From the IMG/VR virus record IMGVR_UViG_3300029286_001711: DNA of 64,000 nt. One strand, 5' to 3'. This DNA comes from a virus (taxonomy: Duplodnaviria > Caudoviricetes). Positions 19,499-28,853 of the stretch are shown here, one piece after another. The position numbers were made by a program, and so were the translations under genes. A model generated the notes under the pieces. That model was not told the origin of the DNA. It was given only the letters and a program-made list of their open reading frames with translations, and did no database searches. Every line of letters starts with the position of its first letter. The first letter of the stretch is position 1.

Positions 19499-20290
19499 AT
19501 GATTAATACAACTGTTATATTACCAATCCATAAAATGGATGATACTATTAGTTCTTATTTAGAAAAGGCTATTAAGAGTATCGAAAATCAAAAAGTTAAA
19601 CCAGAGGAATTATTAATTGTAGTTCCAAAAGGGTTAGAAATTAAAGTTGAAACACCTACTGATGTTAAGTTAAGAATTATCGAAAATGAAGGTAATATTG
19701 ATTTCGTATCACAAGTTAATCTTGGTGTTGAAAACGTGAAAACCACATATTTTAGTATTCTAGAAGTAGATGATGAATATTCTAAGATTTGGTTTGATAA
19801 TGTTGCTAAACATATTGAAGCTTATAACGAAGTTGATGTTTTCTTACCGATAGTACTTGATGTATCTGTAGAAGGTAGATTTTTACATTTCACAAATGAA
19901 CCTGTTTGGGCAAAAGAATTTTCGGATAAACTAGGTTTCTTAGACAATGACGCATTACTTAATTACCCAAACTTCCAACTTTCGGGAGCGGTTATTAAAG
20001 TTGAGGCTTTTAAAGCTGTTGGTGGGTTAAAACCAAGTATTAAATTACATTTTATCTATGAGTTCTTATTAAGAATGTCATATTACGATAAAAAGATGAT
20101 GACAGTACCTAAATTAGGTTATAAGAAAACCAATATGAGACCTGATTCACTTTTCTTTAACTACTACAATGGTGAAGAAAAAATTGATACAATCGAAGCA
20201 AGATTTTGGTTTAACACCGCAAGAAAAGAGTGTTATTTTAAAAACGATCGTGGAATAAAATTTGATAGAGAAAATGCTACAATCCAATAA
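19499..20290 (+). CDS. GT2-like glycosyltransferase
   Basis: VILPIH, SILEVDDEY, FKAVGGL. Confidence 0.7.
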   Translation: MINTTVILPIHKMDDTISSYLEKAIKSIENQKVKPEELLIVVPKGLEIKVETPTDVKLRIIENEGNIDFVSQVNLGVENVKTTYFSILEVDDEYSKIWFDNVAKHIEAYNEVDVFLPIVLDVSVEGRFLHFTNEPVWAKEFSDKLGFLDNDALLNYPNFQLSGAVIKVEAFKAVGGLKPSIKLHFIYEFLLRMSYYDKKMMTVPKLGYKKTNMRPDSLFFNYYNGEEKIDTIEARFWFNTARKECYFKNDRGIKFDRENATIQ

Positions 20291-21063
20291 TGGAAGAGGA
20301 GAAAAAAAGAGGCCGAAAGCCCGCAAAGGATCCTTATTTTGGTATAATACAAGAAGACGCTGTTAAAGAATTCCTATCATTAGGCTGTATGGTTGAAGAT
20401 AAGAGGGCCATAGACGGTTTCATGTGGACTGGTACAACCAAAGAAGAATTTAGACGTAACGAAATATATCGATTACATCTTCAAAGTCCCCTTAATACTA
20501 TGATTGAAAGTATTATTAGGAGATATAAACTTTATTCTAAGAACATGTCTTTTGAGGACTTACACTCAGATACTTTATCATTTTTAATGATAAAATTCCA
20601 TAAATTTAAGCCAGCAAAGAATAAAAAATCATATTCTTATTACGGTACTGTTTGTAAACATTATCTTTTAGGTAAATTAATTAAAGACGATAAAAAACTA
20701 AAAACATTAATTTCATATGAAGACATTTCTTCTGAATTGGAGGAAAATGAAGACCTATCTTATAATATTGACAACCAAGAAGTAGATTTAACATTCTTAC
20801 TGGAAGATATTTGTTCTAGTATTAAAGAAGAATTAGAAAATAAAATTCTAAATGAAAACGAAATCAGAGTTGGCAACGCTTTAATATCAATTTTAGAAAA
20901 TTGGGAGGGTGTCTTCGAAGGTCAAGAGGCGACAAACAAATACAACAAAAATCTTATATTATATTACATGAGAGAAATTACAGCTCTTAGTACAAAAGAC
21001 ATAAGAAACGCAATGAAACGATATAAAACAATTTATAAGTTAATTAAAGATGGTGGTTTATAA
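20290..21063 (+). CDS. gp55: T4 gp55-like late-transcription sigma factor
   Basis: Sigma region-2-like segment DTLSFLMIKFHKFKPAKNKKSYSYYGTVCKHYL (compare gp55 F.PEK.KNPFAYFT); last gene before the late block. Confidence 0.65.
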   Translation: MEEEKKRGRKPAKDPYFGIIQEDAVKEFLSLGCMVEDKRAIDGFMWTGTTKEEFRRNEIYRLHLQSPLNTMIESIIRRYKLYSKNMSFEDLHSDTLSFLMIKFHKFKPAKNKKSYSYYGTVCKHYLLGKLIKDDKKLKTLISYEDISSELEENEDLSYNIDNQEVDLTFLLEDICSSIKEELENKILNENEIRVGNALISILENWEGVFEGQEATNKYNKNLILYYMREITALSTKDIRNAMKRYKTIYKLIKDGGL

Positions 21064-21077
21064 AAAACCACCATTTT
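21050..21077 (+). terminator. Intrinsic terminator closing the glycan/sigma block
   Basis: ATGGTGGTTT-ataaa-AAACCACCAT-ttt. Confidence 0.7.
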
Positions 21078-21078
21078 G

Positions 21079-21086
21079 ATATTTAT
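21079..21086 (+). promoter_or_regulatory. Putative late element ATATTTAT
   Basis: 17 nt before ATG 21104, immediately after the terminator. Confidence 0.7.
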
Positions 21087-21103
21087 AAGCAAATAAACTG
21101 TTT

Positions 21104-21499
21104 ATGGCAAGACCGAAGAAAAAAGAAGTTAAATTAACAACAGATAGTTTTTTATCTATGGCTCAAGAGGCCTATAATGAACTTGTTGAACAAAGAAGTA
21201 CTTGTATTAGAACTATTAACGAAAATAAAACTAAAGTTAATGTCGAAGACATGCATGATTTAGCTAATCTTAATAAAGCAAATACTGATTTATTAAAAAT
21301 TGTCGATACAACTATAGATAAAAAATTAAGTCTAGTTAAGTTACTTAGTCAATTAATCTTTAAACCAGGTTCTAGTACTGGTGAAAATACATCTGATGGT
21401 AACATATCACCAGAAGATATGGTATTGTTAAGGGATCTTTTCAAAGATGACGGTGATAAAAAAGATGACAACGATAAAAAAGACTATAAAATTAAATAA
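21104..21499 (+). CDS. Hypothetical late protein
   Basis: 131-aa helical ORF after the late element. Confidence 0.75.
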   Translation: MARPKKKEVKLTTDSFLSMAQEAYNELVEQRSTCIRTINENKTKVNVEDMHDLANLNKANTDLLKIVDTTIDKKLSLVKLLSQLIFKPGSSTGENTSDGNISPEDMVLLRDLFKDDGDKKDDNDKKDYKIK

Positions 21500-22933
21500 A
21501 TGGGGTTCATCAATGATAAACAACAAGCCATTAATAATGTTGCTCTTTTTGAGGTATTAGGAAATTTACCAAAAGGAAGGTCAACATCCTCCCTGCAATC
21601 TGTTATATCAAAAAATAAAAATCTATTACCTTATTTAATCGATTTACTAAGTGTTACTTGTAAAGATAACGCTAAGTCACCCAAGGATAAGGGTAAGTGT
21701 GAGGCGGCAAGAATATTAGTTGAAATATTAATACAATTCTTTCCGGCATTAATTAAAATACTAAAAGAGGGGTTCATCCAGGGTATTAAAGCTGGTTTAG
21801 CTTGTGGGGCTGATTTTACAATACCAAGTCCAACACCAGTTATGACGGTTAAAGTAAAAGAAATCGATTTCGATGGTTTACTTAAAATTAACCCATCTTC
21901 AAGTAATGGTTCAATGTTTTATGGAAAAAATGCCACCACAGATTTTAATTGGTTTTTATATAACCTAATACAAACGGGTGGTTTTGCGTCTTGGAAAAAT
22001 ATATTGGATGTTACGTATTTACCTTTAACACAGGAATTTACAATGCAAATTAATAGTTCTTTTAGTGGTAGGAAATTCGATGATTTTCTAATTGCTTACA
22101 TCAACTCAATGGAACTACTTTCATTAGAAAATATGATGTCTAAATTAATGAATAACTTAACTGGTTCATTAGGTGCTAACCTACCAAATGTTAATGCAAG
22201 TTTAGATTCGTTAATAGCAAAAGAAAAAACTAACTCATTACAAGAAAGAATAACTAGTACCGATCCTTATAAAGAGGAATATCAGACAGATGATAGTTTT
22301 TTCAAATTTAGTAATGATGAGTTATTTGAAATAGAAAATGTCGCTAATCAAAAATATTTAGGTACCATTAATATAGATTTGGGGTGTGGTTTATTAGCTC
22401 TAACTTCAGATCCACAAGTGGTTAAATCAGTGTTTGATGAAGTAAGAAATACACCACCTTCTAAGGTTAATGTTGTTGTTGAAAAATCTATGACAACATT
22501 AAATAATAATTTAACGGTGGGTGTTCCAGAAGAAGATAAGAAAAAATCTAAAGAATCTCTTAATTTTAAATTAATTAATGATTTTCCTAAAGTATTAACC
22601 AATGTTGGTTTAGAACCTAAAATTGTTGCACTATATCAAATATCATCGAAAACTATTAATGACATTACTGTTAAAGCAACTAACGGTTTTGATTATGCTA
22701 AAGCGACCAAAGTTTTTTTTGAGTTCATTTCCAGAGAGTCTTTAGCGGCTTTAATAGAAATTATATTTAAACAAGTTAAACATGAACTCATAAAATTAGT
22801 TGCTGAGATTGGTGTTAAAATTGTTAAAGAACAGGCAAAAATAAAAATGAAAGCAATAGCGAGTATTGTAACTGGTGTTGTTGAAGGTGCAATTATAACT
22901 ATGCCAACGCCTAACACTTCAGAATTCACATAA
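21500..22933 (+). CDS. Hypothetical (probably structural) protein
   Basis: 477-aa ORF in the block leading to the gp5-like gene. Confidence 0.7.
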   Translation: MGFINDKQQAINNVALFEVLGNLPKGRSTSSLQSVISKNKNLLPYLIDLLSVTCKDNAKSPKDKGKCEAARILVEILIQFFPALIKILKEGFIQGIKAGLACGADFTIPSPTPVMTVKVKEIDFDGLLKINPSSSNGSMFYGKNATTDFNWFLYNLIQTGGFASWKNILDVTYLPLTQEFTMQINSSFSGRKFDDFLIAYINSMELLSLENMMSKLMNNLTGSLGANLPNVNASLDSLIAKEKTNSLQERITSTDPYKEEYQTDDSFFKFSNDELFEIENVANQKYLGTINIDLGCGLLALTSDPQVVKSVFDEVRNTPPSKVNVVVEKSMTTLNNNLTVGVPEEDKKKSKESLNFKLINDFPKVLTNVGLEPKIVALYQISSKTINDITVKATNGFDYAKATKVFFEFISRESLAALIEIIFKQVKHELIKLVAEIGVKIVKEQAKIKMKAIASIVTGVVEGAIITMPTPNTSEFT

Positions 22934-22935
22934 AA

Positions 22936-23364
22936 ATGGGAAAATGTAAAGAAATAAATCCGAATTGTACGGATTTTAAAAATCCAAATTCAATTTTAGC
23001 CTCTTTGTTAAATTTATTTAAATTACCAACTTCGAGGTCTTCATCCATGCCAACACCTTTGATTTTAGCCTCAACAGCTAGACCTGGATTAAGTCCATCA
23101 AAGGTTGCGGCAAGAATAATTCAGAGACAGGCTGACGCCGGTATACCAGTAGGCCCACTACCAAGTGGTAAAGTATCACCCGCTGAAATAATGGAACGAA
23201 TTAGGATGGAAGAAATTATTGGTGCAATAACATCGGAGATGGTTATTGATGTGGCTGTAAAGCCTGGTACTATTATTCAAGGTACTGGTGGTAACGCTGG
23301 TGGACCAGTACAGGTTGCTGGTAGTGTTGTCGGTATCGCCTCAGGTAATGCAACAGCTAGATAG
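22936..23364 (+). CDS. Hypothetical baseplate-region protein
   Basis: Gly-rich beta-type C-terminus (GTGGNAGGPVQV); next to the gp5-like gene. Confidence 0.6.
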   Translation: MGKCKEINPNCTDFKNPNSILASLLNLFKLPTSRSSSMPTPLILASTARPGLSPSKVAARIIQRQADAGIPVGPLPSGKVSPAEIMERIRMEEIIGAITSEMVIDVAVKPGTIIQGTGGNAGGPVQVAGSVVGIASGNATAR

Positions 23365-23366
23365 TT

Positions 23367-23549
23367 ATGGAAAATATTAAAAATAAAGGTAATGTTGAGT
23401 TGACCCAAATTCAAAAAGAATTAGCGACTGAATTCGAATCTGTCAGAAAAGATTTAATTAAAGTTTATGATTATTGGATTTCAGTTGAAAAAAAATATAA
23501 TGAAGTTACTAACGAATTAAATTCAAGATTCGGAATAGATAATAAGTAA
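23367..23549 (+). CDS. Small coiled-coil protein
   Basis: 60-aa heptad-like ORF. Confidence 0.6.
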   Translation: MENIKNKGNVELTQIQKELATEFESVRKDLIKVYDYWISVEKKYNEVTNELNSRFGIDNK

Positions 23550-23564
23550 TTAAAAAAGGTATAA

Positions 23565-24659
23565 ATGAGTGATCAAGTTTGGGGTAGTGTCACTATAGAC
23601 CAAAAAACTTTTCCCCTGTGGCATTATGGTATTGTTGTTTCTATTGACGATCCTTATGTAGCTGGTAGAATTAGGGTTAGAATAGAAGGTGTCGATAATG
23701 ATATCTCACAATCAAATGAATTATTAGATCCAGATAAAGGTGGACTCCCTTGGTGTCAACCCTTGATGCCGAAATTTATTAATGTTGTACCTATTGTAGG
23801 TGAGACTGTTAAAGTCGCTGTATTTGATTTTCGTAATAAAAAAATAAGAAGAGAATATATAGGCCCTGTAATCTCACAACAAAGACCACCAGAATTACTT
23901 AAGTCACCATTTTTCCCTAATAAATGGCGTGTTGAAGTTGGTAATTACAATGGAGCTTGGACTGAAGATCCTGAATCTTTAGATGGTAGCTGGAAAATAT
24001 ATCCAGATAAAGAAGATATTGCATTATTGGGTAGGAGAAATACTGATATTATTTTAAGAAATAAATCTGAATATGATGAAATAATATTAAGAGCTGGTAA
24101 AATAGATTATAAAGATATTATTGATCCTTCAAATGGTAGTAATAACAGCAATATTTTAGGGGGTAATTTCAAATTAAACAAAGTTAACCCCGCTTACATT
24201 ACAATAAACCACACACTACCACAAACTTTTACATCTACAAATGAAGAGGATGTCACAAAGAAAAAATTAAATTTAGATGATGATAGAACCCACATCAATG
24301 TGGTTGCAGATAAGATTAATCTTATTAGTCACGAAGGTTCGTCAATACGTGGTTACGCACCGGCTATTTTGAAGGGTGATGATGTATTAACCCAACTTAA
24401 AACAGAAAACGATGATTTACATCCGTTACTATATGGTGATGTTTTATGGGATTTTATGACTAAAATGAGAGCCTTTGTTGAGGGCCATATACATCCTTAT
24501 AGTGGGTTACCTCCAGATCCTTCTTTAGTTACATCAGATTTAATAACTTGGTTTAATAATAATATGGGTAAAAAGACGACCAAGAAAAATTTAGATGATA
24601 CACCATATACAGATATTGAAGGTTGTACATTCTTAAGTCGTGGTGTTAAAACTAATTAA
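23565..24659 (+). CDS. gp5: gp5/VgrG-like baseplate hub/spike protein
   Basis: OB-fold GIVVSIDDP..GRIRVRI...WCQP...PIVGETV; C-terminal HIH motif. Confidence 0.75.
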   Translation: MSDQVWGSVTIDQKTFPLWHYGIVVSIDDPYVAGRIRVRIEGVDNDISQSNELLDPDKGGLPWCQPLMPKFINVVPIVGETVKVAVFDFRNKKIRREYIGPVISQQRPPELLKSPFFPNKWRVEVGNYNGAWTEDPESLDGSWKIYPDKEDIALLGRRNTDIILRNKSEYDEIILRAGKIDYKDIIDPSNGSNNSNILGGNFKLNKVNPAYITINHTLPQTFTSTNEEDVTKKKLNLDDDRTHINVVADKINLISHEGSSIRGYAPAILKGDDVLTQLKTENDDLHPLLYGDVLWDFMTKMRAFVEGHIHPYSGLPPDPSLVTSDLITWFNNNMGKKTTKKNLDDTPYTDIEGCTFLSRGVKTN

Positions 24660-24668
24660 ATCCTTGTG

Positions 24669-24676
24669 ATATTTAT
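24669..24676 (+). promoter_or_regulatory. Putative late element ATATTTAT
   Basis: 14 nt before ATG 24691. Confidence 0.7.
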
Positions 24677-24690
24677 TATAAAAAGATTTA

Positions 24691-26238
24691 ATGGGAATAT
24701 TACGTTCATACTTCTCCAAAGACAATACAATTGTTAGAAATTCGTCTGTTAATACAGGGAGGAATCCTATTGTGGAGTTATTCCATGGTGGTTCACTTAA
24801 TCCAGATTTATTAAAATATTCAAGATACATTTTCGATGTTGATTTTGAACAAATTATTCAAAAAATAAACACAAAAGAAATTGGTTCTGTTACTAATATG
24901 AGACACGTTCTCAAAATGACTAACACTTCCTGTTTTGACGAAGAACAATTTTGTCGCACTGTTTCATCTTGTATAGGTGATATTAAAAGAGCTACGTGTT
25001 TTGATTTAACACTTTTTGAGGTACCTGAATCCTGGTGTGAAGGTAACGGTTACGATTACACACCAATAAAAGTTTCATGTGCTGACGGTGATAAAACATA
25101 TTGTGAAGGACCTTCAAATTGGTTCCAAAGAGAAAGTTTAATTACGTGTTGGTCAAATGAAGGGATTTATAACGACCCAACCAATTGGTGTTCCAGTTCT
25201 GGAACAACTTCAGGTTCTTCTGGTACAACAGTATGTAGTGGTGGAACTAATTTAGTGGTTGCCACACAACACTTCGACCATGGAGATGAAAACGTATGTA
25301 TCGATATAACAGACTACATTAACGGTCTTATATTGAGTGGATATACAGGTTTAACCTACGGTTTAGGTTTAGCTTTCCATTATCCTTTAGAAATTGCTCC
25401 ATTGGCCGATGCAGAATATGTCGGATTCTTTGGTAGAGAAACGAATACGGTTTATGAACCATTCCTTGAGACAACTTGGGATGATGTTATTAAAGATGAC
25501 CGTAACAAATTCTATTTAAATAAATGTAATGATATATGTCTTTATGTTAACGCAGGTGGACAAGCTGTTAACGCCACTTTTACTGGTGTTACAATATATA
25601 ACCAAAACGATAATGTGTTCATGTCAATCCCACCGTCTGGTATTACACAAATAACAACTGGTGTTTATTCGGTTAATATTTGTGTCGATGATGATCCTAT
25701 CTCTGGATATTGTGGAAATATTCAATTCCGTGATGTTTGGGAAGGGGTTAAAATTGGTAATAAAAAATTAGGTGATGTTGAACTTACTTTCATTGTAAAA
25801 GACGATACTGGATATTATAATATTGGTTCCACTTTAAGTGCTGGTGCTAATGGATTGGGTGTTGGTGATTCAACTAACATGTCAATTTATGACTACGAAT
25901 TCAACGTTACTGGTATTAAATACAAAGAAAAAATTAAGAGAGGTGATACTAGACGAGTTAATGTAAATGTACGTATACCATATCAGTATGACCAATCAGC
26001 TATTATAGATAAAGTTTATTATAGAATTTATATTAAAGAAGGTGGTAGTGTTGAAATAGAATATATCGATTGGCATGAAGTAAGTAGAACTGTAGATGGT
26101 AACTTTTTCTTAGTTGATACATCTTGGTTTATACCTAATGATTATTTTATGGAACTTAAAATTGAATCTGGTAATGAAGTCAGAACTTATCCATCTGTAA
26201 TTCCATTCACAATTGTATCAGAAAAGGATTGGTGTTAA
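24691..26238 (+). CDS. Hypothetical structural protein, Cys-rich with SGxT/TGxT motifs
   Basis: 515 aa, beta-rich, preceded by the late element. Confidence 0.65.
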   Translation: MGILRSYFSKDNTIVRNSSVNTGRNPIVELFHGGSLNPDLLKYSRYIFDVDFEQIIQKINTKEIGSVTNMRHVLKMTNTSCFDEEQFCRTVSSCIGDIKRATCFDLTLFEVPESWCEGNGYDYTPIKVSCADGDKTYCEGPSNWFQRESLITCWSNEGIYNDPTNWCSSSGTTSGSSGTTVCSGGTNLVVATQHFDHGDENVCIDITDYINGLILSGYTGLTYGLGLAFHYPLEIAPLADAEYVGFFGRETNTVYEPFLETTWDDVIKDDRNKFYLNKCNDICLYVNAGGQAVNATFTGVTIYNQNDNVFMSIPPSGITQITTGVYSVNICVDDDPISGYCGNIQFRDVWEGVKIGNKKLGDVELTFIVKDDTGYYNIGSTLSAGANGLGVGDSTNMSIYDYEFNVTGIKYKEKIKRGDTRRVNVNVRIPYQYDQSAIIDKVYYRIYIKEGGSVEIEYIDWHEVSRTVDGNFFLVDTSWFIPNDYFMELKIESGNEVRTYPSVIPFTIVSEKDWC

Positions 26239-26252
26239 AACTGTTATAAAAT

Positions 26253-26282
26253 AAAAAACCCCGATTTTGTCGGGGTTTTTTT
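26253..26282. terminator. Bidirectional intrinsic terminator
   Basis: AAAAAACCCCGA-ttttg-TCGGGGTTTTTT between convergent genes. Confidence 0.9.
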
Positions 26283-26298
26283 ATGCTTTGTTTAATTT

Positions 26299-26754
26299 TT
26301 AATAGAAATAAGGTTTTCCTGACTTTTGAGCGTCCATTCTTTTTCTAGTCATATCTTGTTGTTGATGTTTCATATAATCAACCTTCTTTACTTGTCTCTG
26401 TCTAACCAAGTGATTAGAAATGATTTCTTTAGATTTTCTAACTTTATCTTCAAGTTTACTAAAATCATTAACAATACCGTCGATTTCTTTACTGTAACCT
26501 TCAGCACCAGTTAATTTAGTGTTACATAAATCTTCAAATTTTCTTTTAGCATCTTGAACGACTCTAATAATGTCATCAATTCCAGGTAGTACACCATCAC
26601 CAACTTGTTTTACATTTGGTAATTTTTCTTCTTTTTCCTTTTTTTGAGTTGGTTGACCACCTTGTGCTGGGGCCGGTTGACCTTCATCTTCCTTGATGAT
26701 TTTCTTCACCAATCTTTCTATATCGTTTTCGTTAAGTCTAATTACTTTTTTCAT
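26299..26754 (-). CDS. Putative head-associated protein (likely start MKKVIRLNE at 26754)
   Basis: Leader MKKVIRLNENDIERLVKKIIKED; late element 16 nt upstream. Confidence 0.7.
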   Translation of the reverse strand: MKKVIRLNENDIERLVKKIIKEDEGQPAPAQGGQPTQKKEKEEKLPNVKQVGDGVLPGIDDIIRVVQDAKRKFEDLCNTKLTGAEGYSKEIDGIVNDFSKLEDKVRKSKEIISNHLVRQRQVKKVDYMKHQQQDMTRKRMDAQKSGKPYFY

Positions 26755-26770
26755 GTGAAATTCTTTTATT

Positions 26771-26778
26771 ATAAATAT
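26771..26778 (-). promoter_or_regulatory. Putative late element ATATTTAT
   Basis: ataaatat on +, upstream of 26754. Confidence 0.7.
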
Positions 26779-26808
26779 TTGGTAGTTAATAAAAAATTCG
26801 TACATTTG
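26778..26808 (+). promoter_or_regulatory. Bacteroidota-type housekeeping promoter TTTG-N19-TACATTTG
   Basis: -33 TTTG at 26778-81 and -7 TAnnTTTG at 26801-08; ATG at 26813. Confidence 0.75.
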
Positions 26809-26812
26809 TATA

Positions 26813-27049
26813 ATGTTAAAATTTAATGTTGGTGATAGGGTTAGAAGGTTGAATGGATTACCATTTGATTGTAGTAACAGTCACGTAGGGAAAGTTGTTG
26901 GGTTGAAAGAATCTTGGGTTGAAATCGAAGGAGAAATCTATACCACCCCACACGGTCACGTAAAGACAAATTATTTTAACCCATATTTTTTAGTTAAAGT
27001 TGAGTTAGCTACAAAATTCATTAAAAAATATAATTTCATTAAAAATTAG
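26813..27049 (+). CDS. Small hypothetical protein (KOW/SH3-like)
   Basis: FNVGDRVRR start; host-type promoter. Confidence 0.6.
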   Translation: MLKFNVGDRVRRLNGLPFDCSNSHVGKVVGLKESWVEIEGEIYTTPHGHVKTNYFNPYFLVKVELATKFIKKYNFIKN

Positions 27050-27111
27050 TTGACAGAATCGAATAAAATCAATAAGTTTAATATATAAAATAAATAACCC
27101 CGTTTCAAATT

Positions 27112-27870
27112 ATGGCAAAGAAGAAAGATTTAAAGGACCAAAATCCGAAGTTTAGCATCGATTTAATTGATATTTTAGCTGAGAATGACCCATCAGTTAC
27201 AAACAAATATTTACCTTTCATGGTAAAACAAGCTGAGACTTGGATTGATTGGTTAAAAGAAGAATTAAAAACCAACACATTCAAAGAAATGTTTGATATT
27301 GTGAAAGAGTTTGAAGACTTAGCACAAAAGAATTTATTAGAAAATAAGGATATCTATTCTTATAGTAATAACACAGAGATTGTTGATACAATCAAATTGG
27401 CTCGTGAAAAAGTAACCAAGAGTCAGGTTAAAAAGTTTGAAACTGTCACACTTTTTGAAGATGACAAATTTTTGGTAATCCAACCTCTTACCTCACGTAG
27501 TTCTGGTATGTACGGTAAATCTACCAAATGGTGTGTGGCTTCTGACCAACACGATTTCAAAAAGTATTTTAACCAATACACAGAAAACGGTGTTTTAATC
27601 TACGTGATTGATAAATCCGTTAAGGAAGAAGAAACTCGTGAGAAAATCTACTCAAAAGTAGCTTTCCACCACGATAAAACCAAATCTGGTGATGGTGCGA
27701 CGACCATTTGGGACTCTAAAGACGCACAAGTTACAGCTGTGGGTATGATGGAACTTATGGCAAGTTTACCAAAAGAAGTTATAGACGCAGTCTTCACTAA
27801 CTTTAAAGGTAAAACCAATAAAGAGGTGGCCCGTGAAAAAGGGGTAAAAGAAGAATCTAAAAACTTCTAA
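27112..27870 (+). CDS. Hypothetical protein (PcfJ-like YGxxTKWC motif)
   Basis: SGMYGKSTKWCVAS. Confidence 0.55.
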   Translation: MAKKKDLKDQNPKFSIDLIDILAENDPSVTNKYLPFMVKQAETWIDWLKEELKTNTFKEMFDIVKEFEDLAQKNLLENKDIYSYSNNTEIVDTIKLAREKVTKSQVKKFETVTLFEDDKFLVIQPLTSRSSGMYGKSTKWCVASDQHDFKKYFNQYTENGVLIYVIDKSVKEEETREKIYSKVAFHHDKTKSGDGATTIWDSKDAQVTAVGMMELMASLPKEVIDAVFTNFKGKTNKEVAREKGVKEESKNF

Positions 27871-27894
27871 TCTTTAAAAGATATATGATAATAT

Positions 27895-27930
27895 AAAAAA
27901 GGGAGGGTTTACAATACTCTCCCTTTTTTT
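27895..27930. terminator. Intrinsic terminator
   Basis: AAAAAAGGGAGGGT-ttacaat-ACTCTCCCTTTTTTT. Confidence 0.8.
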
Positions 27931-27941
27931 ATTTTTATTAA

Positions 27942-28277
27942 ATGATAAAAAAATCAATTAAAAGTTTTAACTTTGTTGTAAAGAATGATGAAACAATATT
28001 GTTAGGATCATTGAATACAATACCTGATGATAATATTGTGGGCCATCTTTTACAAACTAATGTAGACGGAGTTACTGGTTGGGTAAATACAGTACCTAAC
28101 GATTTTACGGTTAGGTTAGATATACCGAACCATCCAGATCCACAGTTTGTATTACACGCCGATGGTGATGCTATATTTACTGGACGTGTACACTCTTTAG
28201 GTTCTGTAATGTGGAATCAAGTATTAAATAGGTTAGAATTTTGGGACGGAACAAATTGGATACCAATAAACACATAA
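27942..28277 (+). CDS. Hypothetical protein
   Basis: 111 aa ending in a W-x-G-x-x-W tail motif. Confidence 0.65.
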   Translation: MIKKSIKSFNFVVKNDETILLGSLNTIPDDNIVGHLLQTNVDGVTGWVNTVPNDFTVRLDIPNHPDPQFVLHADGDAIFTGRVHSLGSVMWNQVLNRLEFWDGTNWIPINT

Positions 28278-28567
28278 TTAGATTTAACGACTTGGTGTTC
28301 AAAAAACACCCAAACGCATCAGCTATATTCACAAACCAAGCAATTGTCGTTCTACCAAACGGTCATAGAATTTCTGTTGTTGGCCCAAGAACAAGTTATC
28401 TTCTTTACGGCCTTGAAGGGGTCGGTACATATGAAATGTTAGGTACTGATTGGGAAGACCCAATTGCCTTTTTAACTGAAGACGAAGTTGACCTAATTTT
28501 GGTTAAATGCCAAAAAGGACCGTTAGATTTAATACCTGAAATAGAAAAACATAGGTTTATTAAATAA
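28241..28567 (+). CDS. Hypothetical phage protein, start uncertain (no ATG near the 5' end)
   Basis: FNDLVFKKH...NGHRISVV...LYG...TYEM; the ORF track starts it at TTG. Confidence 0.55.
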   Translation: MGRNKLDTNKHIIRFNDLVFKKHPNASAIFTNQAIVVLPNGHRISVVGPRTSYLLYGLEGVGTYEMLGTDWEDPIAFLTEDEVDLILVKCQKGPLDLIPEIEKHRFIK

Positions 28568-28586
28568 TTCTTCATATCTTTGTCTT

Positions 28587-28853
28587 ATGAAAGACATGAA
28601 ATTCAAAACCCTTAAAGAACAATACACTGAAATGATGGCTAATAAAATAGCTGTTAGTGTTGAGGACTTAACTGACAATGAAAGAAAACTCATTGAAGCT
28701 GGTTATGAGTCTTTTAAGGAAAAACTTGAGGATATTAAAATTATCGGTGATGATTTTAAAAGAGTTTCCGTTGAATTAGCTAACTTAAAATCTTACCAAG
28801 ACGACAGTAATCGTGATAGGTGGTATAAAGATGGTGATGACGATGATGATTAA
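28587..28853 (+). CDS. Hypothetical protein
   Basis: Preceded by TATCTTTG (28575-82), a Bacteroidota -7 box. Confidence 0.7.
   Translation: MKDMKFKTLKEQYTEMMANKIAVSVEDLTDNERKLIEAGYESFKEKLEDIKIIGDDFKRVSVELANLKSYQDDSNRDRWYKDGDDDDD

Noticed and set aside
1-20290. Eukaryotic giant-virus (NCLDV) or bacterial O-antigen origin for the whole window
   Set aside because: The contiguous gp17/gp20/gp21/gp23/gp55-like genes and bacterial terminators and promoters indicate a tailed phage. There are no wzx/wzy genes
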